Positions 1 through 8,415 of a stretch of DNA of 53,088 bases are shown here, one piece after another; the stretch's first letter is position 1, and every line of letters starts with the position of its first letter. The position numbers were made by a program, and so were the translations under genes. The notes beneath the pieces are model-generated. The model saw only the letters and a program-made list of their open reading frames with translations. It was not told the DNA's origin and did no database searches. This stretch comes from a virus. Taxonomy: Duplodnaviria; Caudoviricetes. The stretch spans positions 1 through 53,088 of the IMG/VR virus record IMGVR_UViG_3300035670_000285. One strand, 5' to 3'.

Positions 1-78
1 CAAATAAGTGAGTTTGAGTGGTATAAGCAGATGAATGTAGGTATAATGATAGACAAACAATGTTTTATTTTCGGATAA
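1..78 (+). CDS. 3' end of a small ORF truncated by the window edge
   Basis: Frame 1 is open from base 1 (QISEFEWYKQMNVGIMIDKQCFIFG) to TAA at 76-78, just before the first hairpin/promoter cassette. Confidence 0.45.
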   Translation, partial: QISEFEWYKQMNVGIMIDKQCFIFG

Positions 79-112
79 ATTAGTTCATACTTTTAATTTT
101 AATTTTAAATCG

Positions 113-167
113 GACCCCCTTTCTAGGGGGTCTTCATTTGTTAACCCAATTATGTTGTGTAGATTTA
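113..167 (+). promoter_or_regulatory. hairpin plus Bacteroidota-type early promoter (cassette 1)
   Basis: GACCCCCT-ttct-AGGGGGTC (113-132) runs into TTCA-TTTG(137-140)-19 nt-TAGATTTA(160-167). Confidence 0.75.
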
Positions 168-186
168 TATTATAAAATTAAAACAT

Positions 187-378
187 ATGAATATCACAAT
201 CAATTTCCACTTCGCCCAGGCTTTAGAAATTAAGAGTGCTTTAGAAGAGCGCATTGATAAAATAAACAGAATACTGAAGCCAATGTTTAAAGATGAAGCG
301 ACTATGTTAGTGGCTTATGATCGTGAAATAGAATATTTAAACGATGCTATAAAGCAAATAATTGGAGTGTCCCATTAG
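187..378 (+). CDS. small early hypothetical protein
   Basis: 63 aa ORF with own promoter cassette and A-rich leader. Confidence 0.75.
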   Translation: MNITINFHFAQALEIKSALEERIDKINRILKPMFKDEATMLVAYDREIEYLNDAIKQIIGVSH

Positions 379-421
379 TGGGGCACTTCATTTGTTAACC
401 TAACTGTGTTATGTAGATTCA
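366..421 (+). promoter_or_regulatory. hairpin plus early promoter (cassette 2)
   Basis: AGTGTCCCA-ttag-TGGGGCACT (366-387), then TTTG(391-394)-19 nt-TAGATTCA(414-421); close to cassette 1 in sequence. Confidence 0.75.
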
Positions 422-440
422 TGTTATAAAATTAATTATT

Positions 441-701
441 ATGAACAATTACGAAAGAGGTTTATTCAACCAGCTGCTAGAAGTTAATTGGAGAATCAAC
501 AATGGCGATTACGATTCAATTATTAAGAGGGCTTTACTTGAACATTACTGGATGATCGAGGAGAAGCTAGAAGATAGTATGGGTAAGAAGGAATATAGAG
601 AATGGATCGATGGAATGAGGCGTATGTTCGCTCCCGCTACAGAGGGATATGGAGATGAGAGTCCCGAGGAAGTAATCAGGATGATAGAGGCTGTTAGATA
701 A
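441..701 (+). CDS. small early hypothetical protein
   Basis: 86 aa ORF behind cassette 2. Confidence 0.75.
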   Translation: MNNYERGLFNQLLEVNWRINNGDYDSIIKRALLEHYWMIEEKLEDSMGKKEYREWIDGMRRMFAPATEGYGDESPEEVIRMIEAVR

Positions 702-755
702 GCCTCGTCCTGTTCAGGTTTTCATTTATAAACATAATAATATTAATTATATTTA
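687..755 (+). promoter_or_regulatory. hairpin plus early promoter (cassette 3)
   Basis: GAGGCT...AGCCTC (687-706); TTCA-TTTA(725-728)-19 nt-TATATTTA(748-755). Confidence 0.65.
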
Positions 756-773
756 ATTATAAAATTAAAAATT

Positions 774-1016
774 ATGAATATAGAAATTGTTAATGAAAAT
801 AAGAATTATTGGTATTATAATAGAAAAGGTTTAGTATGTAAGGTAATGGAAGAAACAGACAGCCAATATGTAGTAAAAGTTTGGTTGAATAAGAGTTATA
901 TGAGCTTAGCTTATATTGATAAGTGTGATTGTGTTATTAGTGAGAAGAAAGCATTTAATAAACAACAGACAATTAATTTAGTAGGTAATTATTTAGGTTG
1001 GAGTGAATGTGTTTAG
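774..1016 (+). CDS. small early hypothetical protein
   Basis: 80 aa ORF behind cassette 3. Confidence 0.7.
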   Translation: MNIEIVNENKNYWYYNRKGLVCKVMEETDSQYVVKVWLNKSYMSLAYIDKCDCVISEKKAFNKQQTINLVGNYLGWSECV

Positions 1017-1067
1017 TTGAAATAAATGGTGAAATAAAGGAATTAAATTAATTAAACAAGACATCCC

Positions 1068-1098
1068 TTTATAAACTTAATAAATTATATTATATTTA
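1068..1098 (+). promoter_or_regulatory. early promoter (cassette 4)
   Basis: TTTA(1068-1071)-TAAAC..19 nt-TATATTTA(1091-1098); no GC-rich hairpin upstream. Confidence 0.6.
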
Positions 1099-1125
1099 AT
1101 TATTAAATAATTAAAATTAAATGTT

Positions 1126-1365
1126 ATGATTAAGTTTGAACTAATTGATGGCGACATGGATTACAGTGTATATGAACATGTTATTGATGGTCGAATGACT
1201 AAATTAAGGTATAAAATAATTAGTCGCTATGTTAGAAAGAATAGCTGGCGTGGACATTGTGGGCATGAATGGGATTGCTGTGGATGCATGTATGCTCAAA
1301 GTATGGATTTGGAATATAAGGATAATAAATGGACATTGTATAAAGTTAATAATTACAATTATTAA
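1126..1365 (+). CDS. small early protein with Cys/His cluster
   Basis: 79 aa; HCGHEWDCCGC suggests metal binding. Confidence 0.7.
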   Translation: MIKFELIDGDMDYSVYEHVIDGRMTKLRYKIISRYVRKNSWRGHCGHEWDCCGCMYAQSMDLEYKDNKWTLYKVNNYNY

Positions 1366-1371
1366 ACAATA

Positions 1372-1428
1372 GAGGCGCCTCGTAATGAGGCGCTTCATTT
1401 GTAAACCAAATAAATTAAATTACATTCA
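1372..1428 (+). promoter_or_regulatory. hairpin plus early promoter (cassette 5)
   Basis: GAGGCGCCTC-gtaat-GAGGCGCTTC (1372-1396), TTTG(1398-1401)-19 nt-TACATTCA(1421-1428). Confidence 0.75.
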
Positions 1429-1448
1429 CATTAATAAAAATTAAAACA

Positions 1449-1646
1449 ATGGACAATAGACCTAAATTATTAAAACAATCAGCGCTCATATCTTTAACAT
1501 TAGGCCTAGGAATTATATTATATAGTATGGTCAGGGCAATACATGCTGATAGATCTGTAATACAAGGGCTACTTGTAATATTCGTATTGGGACAATTGGT
1601 AGTATTATTTAGTGCTGTAACATTATATACGGCTAGTAGAAAGTAA
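1449..1646 (+). CDS. small two-TM membrane protein
   Basis: 65 aa with two hydrophobic stretches (LISLTLGLGIILY; GLLVIFVLGQLVVLFSAVTLY). Confidence 0.7.
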   Translation: MDNRPKLLKQSALISLTLGLGIILYSMVRAIHADRSVIQGLLVIFVLGQLVVLFSAVTLYTASRK

Positions 1647-1653
1647 TATACAC

Positions 1654-1692
1654 AAAAAAAAAGAGGGCGCGCTCCGTAGGGGCGCGCCCTTC
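1654..1692. terminator. strong hairpin, intrinsic terminator (U-tract on - strand, possibly bidirectional)
   Basis: A9 tract (1654-1662), then AGGGCGCGCTCC-gta-GGGGCGCGCCCT (1664-1690). Confidence 0.65.
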
Positions 1693-1850
1693 TCTATCTG
1701 CTAAAAAAAAGATAGATGATAGCGCTGCGATGGCGAATCGCTAGCGAAACGGGCCCACGGCAATAGCGGTCCGTCGACGGCGCGCCGCTAGACCGCGGAT
1801 CTGCCCCGTACTCACAGATAAACTACAATCTTCGCCCCAGGCGCGCATAT
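1693..1850. other. GC-rich, highly structured non-coding island (candidate ncRNA or cis-acting site)
   Basis: Nested stems (TCTATCT/AGATAGA, GCGAT/ATCGC, GCGGTC/GACCGC, ATCTG/CAGAT) and repeated GGCGCGC in an otherwise AT-rich genome. Confidence 0.5.
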
Positions 1851-1897
1851 ATACAAATATATTTGGAGAACCCAATCCTCATATTTATAGTAGACAT

Positions 1898-2053
1898 ATG
1901 AAAAACCAAATCCTAAAAGAGCTAACCTCTCTAGACAAAACAGCAATAACCATATATTGCATTAGCATAGTATTATTTACAGTATCAGTAGCACAACTAA
2001 TATGGCACATAGCTAAAACATGGCCCAAAAACAGGCGCGCAAAATCATTATAA
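1898..2053 (+). CDS. 51 aa single-TM protein (below ORF-track cutoff)
   Basis: MKNQILKELTSLDKTAITIYCISIVLFTVSVAQLIWHIAKTWPKNRRAKSL; late motif TATTTATA at 1882-1889. Confidence 0.55.
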   Translation: MKNQILKELTSLDKTAITIYCISIVLFTVSVAQLIWHIAKTWPKNRRAKSL

Positions 2054-2105
2054 CCCCTTTTACCATAAAGTTATAACCTTGCAATTCTCTCTTTTTACAA
2101 CCTTT

Positions 2106-2137
2106 TTTGGAAGTCCAAGCGTATATACGTACATTTG
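2106..2137 (+). promoter_or_regulatory. Bacteroidota housekeeping-sigma promoter (-33/-7)
   Basis: TTTG(2106-2109)-20 nt-TACATTTG(2130-2137), a perfect TAnnTTTG. Confidence 0.75.
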
Positions 2138-2155
2138 CAATTAAACATACCTTAT

Positions 2156-2383
2156 ATGAAAGTAAAGGAATTAATTGAACAATTAAGTAAACTAGACCCA
2201 GAACTACACGTATTCGTTCCAGGATACGAGGGTGGGTTTAACGATGCCGGTCCCGTAAGTGTGGTTAAACATTTCGCATTAGATGTTAATAAAGAATGGT
2301 ATTATGGTGCTCATGAGGAGCTTAACAACCCAAACGACGATAAGTTGGTTGATCACACAATAGTGGAGGGTGTTATACTATGA
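2156..2383 (+). CDS. hypothetical protein
   Basis: ATG at 2156 (MKVKELIEQLSKLDPELHV) lies downstream of the promoter, so it is preferred over TTG 2135. Confidence 0.75.
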   Translation: MKVKELIEQLSKLDPELHVFVPGYEGGFNDAGPVSVVKHFALDVNKEWYYGAHEELNNPNDDKLVDHTIVEGVIL

Positions 2384-2859
2384 TTAAAATATCGTTGGAG
2401 GAAGCTAAGCAGAATTATTATCCCAGACCAGCAGGAATGTCGGTTAAATATACGGATGCATTTACGTTAACGCCGCTCGATGGTCCTCAATATGAGAAAC
2501 ACACAACAGCCGAGTTTATCAATTATTGGATTAAACGCCAACGATTTGAGGCTCAATTGTCATTTAACGAGGGGTATATATATGTGTTGGAGAATAAAGG
2601 GCAACCAGGTATACTTAAAATAGGATATACGGATCGTACGCCACAAGCACGTGTTAAAGAAATTAACTCCGGTACGGGTGTTATCACCCCGTGGTTTATA
2701 GTTAATGCATTCCCATGCAAAGCACCCGCGCAAATCGAGTCTATTATACATTCCCAGCTTAATCAATATCGCGTTAATAAGGAAGGATTCGCAGTCACCA
2801 TATCTACTGCTGAGCAAATTATCGCTCATATTATCGCTGAAAATAATGCTGCTATATGA
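2380..2859 (+). CDS. T5orf172-type GIY-YIG domain protein
   Basis: GYIYVLEN..PGILKIGYT.RTPQARVKEINSGTGV..P..IESIIH..KEGF. Confidence 0.8.
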   Translation: MIKISLEEAKQNYYPRPAGMSVKYTDAFTLTPLDGPQYEKHTTAEFINYWIKRQRFEAQLSFNEGYIYVLENKGQPGILKIGYTDRTPQARVKEINSGTGVITPWFIVNAFPCKAPAQIESIIHSQLNQYRVNKEGFAVTISTAEQIIAHIIAENNAAI

Positions 2860-3044
2860 TGGTTATATATATGCAAATTACTATTGATCATCTTTTTAGT
2901 ATTGATCCCGATATTCCTATTAAGATAGCCGCTGTACACGGTACACCCGATATTAATACTATCATCGGTTCTAAAGGTGATGTTATTAAGTACTATAAGT
3001 TTGAGAAACGATCATCAACTAAAAAATCAACTAAGAATACATAA
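2856..3044 (+). CDS. hypothetical protein
   Basis: 62 aa ORF overlapping the previous stop (ATGA). Confidence 0.4.
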   Translation: MMVIYMQITIDHLFSIDPDIPIKIAAVHGTPDINTIIGSKGDVIKYYKFEKRSSTKKSTKNT

Positions 3045-3081
3045 TTATTCTATATTTATAGTATATATTTAAAATTTAAAC

Positions 3082-3363
3082 ATGGCAGAATATCTATTGC
3101 GCGATCGAGATAAAGCAGCGTTTATTAATCATATGAATAAACTTTTAGGGCAAATGGATCCTAAATTAGCATTAGATAGCACTAATTTCCTTGATGTTCC
3201 TGGTAGCAATAAGTCTGAAGATAAGACTATATTTGCTACTGATGATCCACAAGAAATTGGCATGCTCGATACGTTGATTAATAATAAATCATTTTCATAT
3301 CCTGTAAAGAAAATTGACCTTAAAGAGATGGCTAAAGCATCTCGTGAAAAAGTGATTCGTTAA
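3082..3363 (+). CDS. hypothetical late protein
   Basis: 93 aa; TATTTATA at 3053-3060; followed by a terminator. Confidence 0.75.
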   Translation: MAEYLLRDRDKAAFINHMNKLLGQMDPKLALDSTNFLDVPGSNKSEDKTIFATDDPQEIGMLDTLINNKSFSYPVKKIDLKEMAKASREKVIR

Positions 3364-3374
3364 TCTTTTGTTTG

Positions 3375-3410
3375 TAGCCTAAAACGCGTAAGCCTTTTAG
3401 GCTATTTTTC
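3375..3410 (+). terminator. intrinsic terminator
   Basis: TAGCCTAAAA-loop-TTTTAGGCTA followed by TTTTT. Confidence 0.65.
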
Positions 3411-3482
3411 TTATAAAATTGCATGTATATACGTATGTATTGAGGAATAAGTGGTAAAGCACCTAAAACGGGGCATTAAAGA

Positions 3483-3514
3483 TTTGGTGGTATTAGAGAA
3501 AGGTCGTATATTGT
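3483..3514 (+). promoter_or_regulatory. host-sigma promoter for the sigma-factor operon
   Basis: TTTG(3483-3486)-20 nt-TATATTGT(3507-3514). Confidence 0.6.
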
Positions 3515-3533
3515 GCTTAAAACTTAAAAAAAT

Positions 3534-3716
3534 ATGAAATATAAATCACAAGCACTTAACAAACTCCAAAAAATTGAGCATCAAATTCGCGCTTTGGAGA
3601 TTGCAATTAATCGCGGAGCACCAATAGGTGAAATTAATGCTATTATAGCTAAAATTAAAGAATTAAACGAAAGTTTGCACGAAACAATTTCTATTGAAAG
3701 AGAAGAATGGAACTAA
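3534..3716 (+). CDS. small coiled-coil hypothetical protein
   Basis: 60 aa amphipathic helical ORF. Confidence 0.7.
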   Translation: MKYKSQALNKLQKIEHQIRALEIAINRGAPIGEINAIIAKIKELNESLHETISIEREEWN

Positions 3717-4033
3717 CTATGATTACATTGTCTGTTATTTTATTTTTGATTAATTTTCTTGTAGGATATATTTGCTACAATTTGTTTAGGAAGGTTGAGA
3801 AATTAGAAAAAATTGTCGATTCACAAGATTCATATATTCGTCGATTTTCTAATACGGTAAATTATACTAAACAACAATTAGATAATATTGATAATAAAGG
3901 GACATTTGAATCAGACGATGAAATAGGTTGGTTCTTTGAAAGTGTAAAGACATTGCAGAGAGAACTAAATGAATTTAATATTAATGAAAACAACAGAAAC
4001 ACACAGTCAACCCCACCTTCTAGTAGAAGATAA
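3707..4033 (+). CDS. N-terminal TM plus coiled-coil protein
   Basis: ITLSVILFLINFLVGYICY followed by heptads and GTFESDDEIGWFF. Confidence 0.7.
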   Translation: MELTMITLSVILFLINFLVGYICYNLFRKVEKLEKIVDSQDSYIRRFSNTVNYTKQQLDNIDNKGTFESDDEIGWFFESVKTLQRELNEFNINENNRNTQSTPPSSRR

Positions 4034-4772
4034 TTCTATAACAGTAGAATATACCAAATCAGGGAAAGTACGTAAACGCAAACCCAAAACATCTAATACC
4101 TATTTCACCGAAGATACTCAGAACGCTATTGTTGAGTATGTTGCTTCGGAAGACCAGGAATTTAGAAATACTATCTATCGCGAGCGTATTGAGTATGGGT
4201 TTTTTAAATTAACCCAAAACATCATCCATACGTTTAAATTTTACTATACCGATGGTGAATCAGTAGAGGATGTACAACAAGAGGTAATTGCGTTTTTACT
4301 TGAGAAACTTAAATTGTATAAACCACATAAAGGTAAAGCATACTCGTATTTTGGTACTATAGCCAAACGTTATCTTATCCTTAAAAATAAAAAGAATTAC
4401 CAAAAATTACAAGATAAAGGTGATTTGGCGGAAGTGGATGATGATAAGAAAATTAAGGAAGAAACAATTAATAGCTACTATAGCCAAGATTATAGCATTA
4501 CCGAATTTATGAGTTTGTATATTAAGTATGTTGATAAAAATCTTGGTAGATTATTTCCAAAAGAAAATGATGCTAAAACAGCAGATGCAATAATGGAATT
4601 ATTCCGTAAATGTGAATCATTGGATATATTCAATAAAAAAGCATTATACATCTATATTCGTGAAATGGTTGACGTAGATACCCCTCAAATTACTAAGATT
4701 ATTAAGAAGTTAAAGTCGATATACGTTGATTTATATAATAAATATTACCAAGAGGGTTATATAAAGATATAA
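3969..4772 (+). CDS. gp55: phage late-transcription sigma factor (T4 gp55-like)
   Basis: Sigma region-2-like segment EDVQQEVIAFLLEKLKLYKPHKGKAYSYFGTIAKRYL; has a host-type promoter and precedes the late block. Confidence 0.65.
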   Translation: MNLILMKTTETHSQPHLLVEDNSITVEYTKSGKVRKRKPKTSNTYFTEDTQNAIVEYVASEDQEFRNTIYRERIEYGFFKLTQNIIHTFKFYYTDGESVEDVQQEVIAFLLEKLKLYKPHKGKAYSYFGTIAKRYLILKNKKNYQKLQDKGDLAEVDDDKKIKEETINSYYSQDYSITEFMSLYIKYVDKNLGRLFPKENDAKTADAIMELFRKCESLDIFNKKALYIYIREMVDVDTPQITKIIKKLKSIYVDLYNKYYQEGYIKI

Positions 4773-4811
4773 AATTTTATTGTTCCTATATTTATAGTCA
4801 AAAATTAGACC

Positions 4812-5165
4812 ATGAATTTTGATCAAGTAATGTGGGGTAGTAAAAAGTTTTCGGACCTACTTAAGGATATATACACTAACTCTAAGGATAAAGAAAAACA
4901 AATTAGGGAGCTGATTGAGACGTTAAAACCATTGGTTAACGATGCCCAGTCAGCTCTTATGATTGTTCCTTTAATTGCGGAACATCTTAATATTAGTGTG
5001 AAGAATGATGAACAACTTGTTAAATTAGCAGGTATTGTTCAACGTGCTTTATCTGCTAATGCAGATGAAGCTGCTAGTTTTATTTTAAGTGAAGCTGAAA
5101 AGGAACAATTGTTTTCAGCTGTTAAAGAGGTTGGCGATAACATTAACGGACCCGTAAACAAATAA
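4812..5165 (+). CDS. helical late protein (possible small terminase subunit)
   Basis: 117 aa helical; TATTTATA at 4789-4796; function is a guess from size and context. Confidence 0.45.
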   Translation: MNFDQVMWGSKKFSDLLKDIYTNSKDKEKQIRELIETLKPLVNDAQSALMIVPLIAEHLNISVKNDEQLVKLAGIVQRALSANADEAASFILSEAEKEQLFSAVKEVGDNINGPVNK

Positions 5166-5166
5166 T

Positions 5167-6369
5167 ATGAGTGTAAGGGTAAGAGAAGGTTTAGCTACAA
5201 TAACTGCTAATGCCGGGTATAATAATTATGCTTCTCCCATGGCTTTTAAAGTGGGGAAAGTATATGCTACTATGCTTAATCCTGAAAGTGTTCCTACTGA
5301 AGTGTGGGAAACTAATGGGGGGTGGAGTGGTATAGGAACTATCTGTTTTGATGAATATGCTGAAAATACAGAGATAGCTGTTAAAGATTTGACAGATGAT
5401 AAAATAAAAGGATTATCTACTGCTTTACCCCTTCTTCCTTACCAAAAATATTTCCCATTACCCGGTGAAATAGTTCTATTATTTGACCTACCAGCAGCCC
5501 CCTCTCCTATTTCTAATAAACCTTATGAAACTTATTATTTGTCTCCTATTAATGCTTGGAATAGTCCTCAATTTAATGGACTGTTTATTGAAGGAGATAA
5601 AGATCTACTATACAAATCCTTTAACCAAAATTCAGATTTTAGAGGAATACAAACATTTGAAGGTGATAATATAATAGAGGGTAGATTTGGTAATTCACTT
5701 CGTTTTGGAAGTACTAATAAAGATGGAAATGTAGATTTAACTCCATGGTCTACTAATCCAAGCGAACTACAAAATAATCCTATTGTTATTTTATCTAATG
5801 AACACAATTTCAAAATTTCAGGATCAGATATGTTTGTTGAAGATATCAATAAAGATGGATCTTCACTTTATTTAACATCTCAACAGTTTGTTCCTTTAGA
5901 CATAGGTAATGTTAGATTAAGTAACATAACATCTCCTCTCTCTATACAAGAATATAATGGTGCTCAAGCTATATTAAATGCAGATAGAACTATCATTTCC
6001 TCTAAATCAGATGAAGTATTAGTTTTTGGTAGAACGGGAGTAGAATTATATTCTCAAGGTCCTGTTTACTTACAAAGTAATGCTGTTGGTATAACAATGC
6101 AAAATAATAATATATTTTTGGGACCTTCATCTAATAATGAATCAACTCAACCTCTTGTACTAGGGAATAATTTGGAATTTTTCCTTGGTAATCTTTTACA
6201 ATCGCTAAGTGATTTTTGTAAAAACATAGCTAATGCTAAATCTACTCCTGAAGGGACAGCCATTGCAGAAATAACAGTAGCAGCAACAGCTTTACAAACA
6301 GCTATAGTTAGTGTTAATAAAGATATAGAAAGAGGTAATTTACTTTCTAAAACAACATTTACTCAATAA
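5167..6369 (+). CDS. baseplate hub/central spike protein (gp5/VgrG-like, no lysozyme domain evident)
   Basis: PLPGEIVLL OB-fold-like motif, GDNIIEGRFGNSLRFGS, beta-rich C-terminus with QPLVLGN; upstream of gp25/gp6. Confidence 0.55.
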   Translation: MSVRVREGLATITANAGYNNYASPMAFKVGKVYATMLNPESVPTEVWETNGGWSGIGTICFDEYAENTEIAVKDLTDDKIKGLSTALPLLPYQKYFPLPGEIVLLFDLPAAPSPISNKPYETYYLSPINAWNSPQFNGLFIEGDKDLLYKSFNQNSDFRGIQTFEGDNIIEGRFGNSLRFGSTNKDGNVDLTPWSTNPSELQNNPIVILSNEHNFKISGSDMFVEDINKDGSSLYLTSQQFVPLDIGNVRLSNITSPLSIQEYNGAQAILNADRTIISSKSDEVLVFGRTGVELYSQGPVYLQSNAVGITMQNNNIFLGPSSNNESTQPLVLGNNLEFFLGNLLQSLSDFCKNIANAKSTPEGTAIAEITVAATALQTAIVSVNKDIERGNLLSKTTFTQ

Positions 6370-7661
6370 TGCCTAAGACAGACGAAAGAATAGAAGCACT
6401 TAATAAGACGTTAGATGAGTCTAAAGTATTGTATGAAGATGCTAAAAGACAATACGATATAGCTGTTGCTTTATATGAGCAATCTAAAATGGCTGTAGTT
6501 CGAACTGAACTTTTTGCTAAAGCTATAAGTAACAATAACCTAGATCCGGCAGCTGCTCTCCAAAAAGCTGCCTCTTTTACTCCCAACCCTCAAGGATACC
6601 TCAGTCGCATAAACCAACCAGGAACGGATCCCCAAAAATTAAAACAAGAATTACTAGAAGAAACTAAAAAAGAAAATAAGGTAGCTGAGGCTGCTAGAAA
6701 GAAAGCAGAAAAGGAAGTTCAAAAAGCTACTAAGGCAGTTGAGGGAACTGAAAGGCAAATAAGCCTTATATTACAACAATTAGGAATAGCTACTTCAGGT
6801 ATAACATTAAAGAAAAAAGCTGAAGTGGAGGAAAAAACAAATAAAACTAAGGTTAAATCAAGAACTAAAAAGATTAAATTAAATAGTACTTTAATTGATA
6901 ATCAAGCAAAAAGAGCAGCTATAAAAGCAATAGCTAAATCAGCTGCTTTGTTTGTTATAGCAAAACTATTAAATAGAGAAGTTCAACGATTATCTAAAAC
7001 AGTTCAACAACTAACTGAATTAGTTGATAAGGTAAATGATCAGATTTTATCAATTCAAACTAAACAAGATGTTTTAAAAGCAAGAGTTACAAGAAACGCT
7101 GCTGTAGTAGAATTAGGTAAAGCTAAAAGACAAATAACTATTATTAGAGACATAATTAAAGTTTTAGAAGTATTACTTACTATATTGTCATTAGCCGCTA
7201 AGATAGCAATAACTTTTATTCAAGTACCAACTACACCTTTAGCTGTTCAAAAAATAGTTAATTTAATTTTAACTATAGATTCTATTACTGTGTTATTAGG
7301 AACAACTAAATCATCACTAAGTGATTTAATAATAGAAGTTGATTACCAAGAATCTAGATTACTACCTATTAGTGATATTATTGATAAAGCATTAGATGAA
7401 AACTTAACACCTGATGAAATAAAAGGACTACTAGATAGCGGTAATAATATAGGTAATATAATATATAAAGGATTTACATTTGCTATATATGATGAAAACG
7501 ATCCTAAATTTGAGGTTGCTAACAATAAACGTAGATATGCTGTTGCTTTAGACCGTAGTGGGTTTATTCGTTTGCGCTCTCAAGCATCATTTACATTAAA
7601 TCCTAGTGTATTAATTGAAGAGTTAAAACTACAAATCGACGAACAAAATCTTGAAGCTTAA
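6369..7661 (+). CDS. coiled-coil/hydrophobic tail-associated protein
   Basis: 430 aa, Lys/Ala-rich helices plus hydrophobic segments, within the baseplate cluster. Confidence 0.55.
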   Translation: MPKTDERIEALNKTLDESKVLYEDAKRQYDIAVALYEQSKMAVVRTELFAKAISNNNLDPAAALQKAASFTPNPQGYLSRINQPGTDPQKLKQELLEETKKENKVAEAARKKAEKEVQKATKAVEGTERQISLILQQLGIATSGITLKKKAEVEEKTNKTKVKSRTKKIKLNSTLIDNQAKRAAIKAIAKSAALFVIAKLLNREVQRLSKTVQQLTELVDKVNDQILSIQTKQDVLKARVTRNAAVVELGKAKRQITIIRDIIKVLEVLLTILSLAAKIAITFIQVPTTPLAVQKIVNLILTIDSITVLLGTTKSSLSDLIIEVDYQESRLLPISDIIDKALDENLTPDEIKGLLDSGNNIGNIIYKGFTFAIYDENDPKFEVANNKRRYAVALDRSGFIRLRSQASFTLNPSVLIEELKLQIDEQNLEA

Positions 7662-7672
7662 TATTTATTAAC

Positions 7673-7999
7673 ATGGAAACAACAAAATTAAAAAATCTAA
7701 TTAAAGAAGCCGTTAGAGAAGTTTTGAAAGAAGAATTAGCTAATCTTGGAAAACAAAAAATCCAAGAATCATTAACTAACAATGAAGAGTGGCCTACTGT
7801 TAACCTAACAACCAAAAATGTTAACCCAGCTGCTTTTCGTCAAAGTTTAATGGATCAAATGGGAATAAACGCCCCTCAACCAGCTAAACCAACAACATTT
7901 GCTGAAAAACAAAATGTATATCAGAATATGTTAGCTCAGGTAGCTGCTGAGATGAGACAAAATCCTGGTGAGGTTAATAATTTTAGAAACGTCCAATAA
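7673..7999 (+). CDS. late protein with KLKNLIKEAVREVLKE leader
   Basis: TATTTATT at 7662-7669; leader resembles those in the internal-protein block. Confidence 0.7.
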   Translation: METTKLKNLIKEAVREVLKEELANLGKQKIQESLTNNEEWPTVNLTTKNVNPAAFRQSLMDQMGINAPQPAKPTTFAEKQNVYQNMLAQVAAEMRQNPGEVNNFRNVQ

Positions 8000-8415
8000 T
8001 GGCATACGTAAGAAGTACTAGAGTTGATCCTAGAGATCTACAACGAAACACAGCTATAGGTATTAAACTGCCGTTTAATGCTCCGGGTGTTTTTTATAGT
8101 ACTTTTTCTACTAAAGACCAATTAAAATATAACCTTGTAAATTTATTATTAACATCAAAAGGTGAAAGAATAGATAATCCTGAATTTGGTACTCTTTTAA
8201 GAGCCCAATTATTTGGACAAATGACTGAAGCTACTTTTGGTGATATTAAAGAAAGTATTATTGATAGTGTTCAAACATATATACCTGAAATTTTAATAAA
8301 TCGAATAGATTTTTTACAAGAGGGAGAATATGGTAGTAATACTCTAGTTGTTAAGATTGACTATCAAATATTAATATCAGGACAAACAGATACAGTAACA
8401 GTTAATTTTGAATAA
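7999..8415 (+). CDS. gp25: baseplate wedge subunit, gp25-like
   Basis: QLKYNLVNLLLTSKGERIDNPEFGTLLRAQLF...YIPEI. Confidence 0.88.
   Translation: MAYVRSTRVDPRDLQRNTAIGIKLPFNAPGVFYSTFSTKDQLKYNLVNLLLTSKGERIDNPEFGTLLRAQLFGQMTEATFGDIKESIIDSVQTYIPEILINRIDFLQEGEYGSNTLVVKIDYQILISGQTDTVTVNFE

Noticed and set aside
1710-1760. Hammerhead-like AGATGA...GAAAC arrangement
   Set aside because: The conserved CUGAnGA core is missing (TAGATGA) and stems I and III cannot be assigned
1726-1790. Loose resemblance to a fluoride riboswitch (GCGATGG..TCGC..AAA-stem..CGCC)
   Set aside because: The 3' GAUG/UAC elements and spacing do not fit and no fluoride-related gene follows; a covariance-model search would be needed
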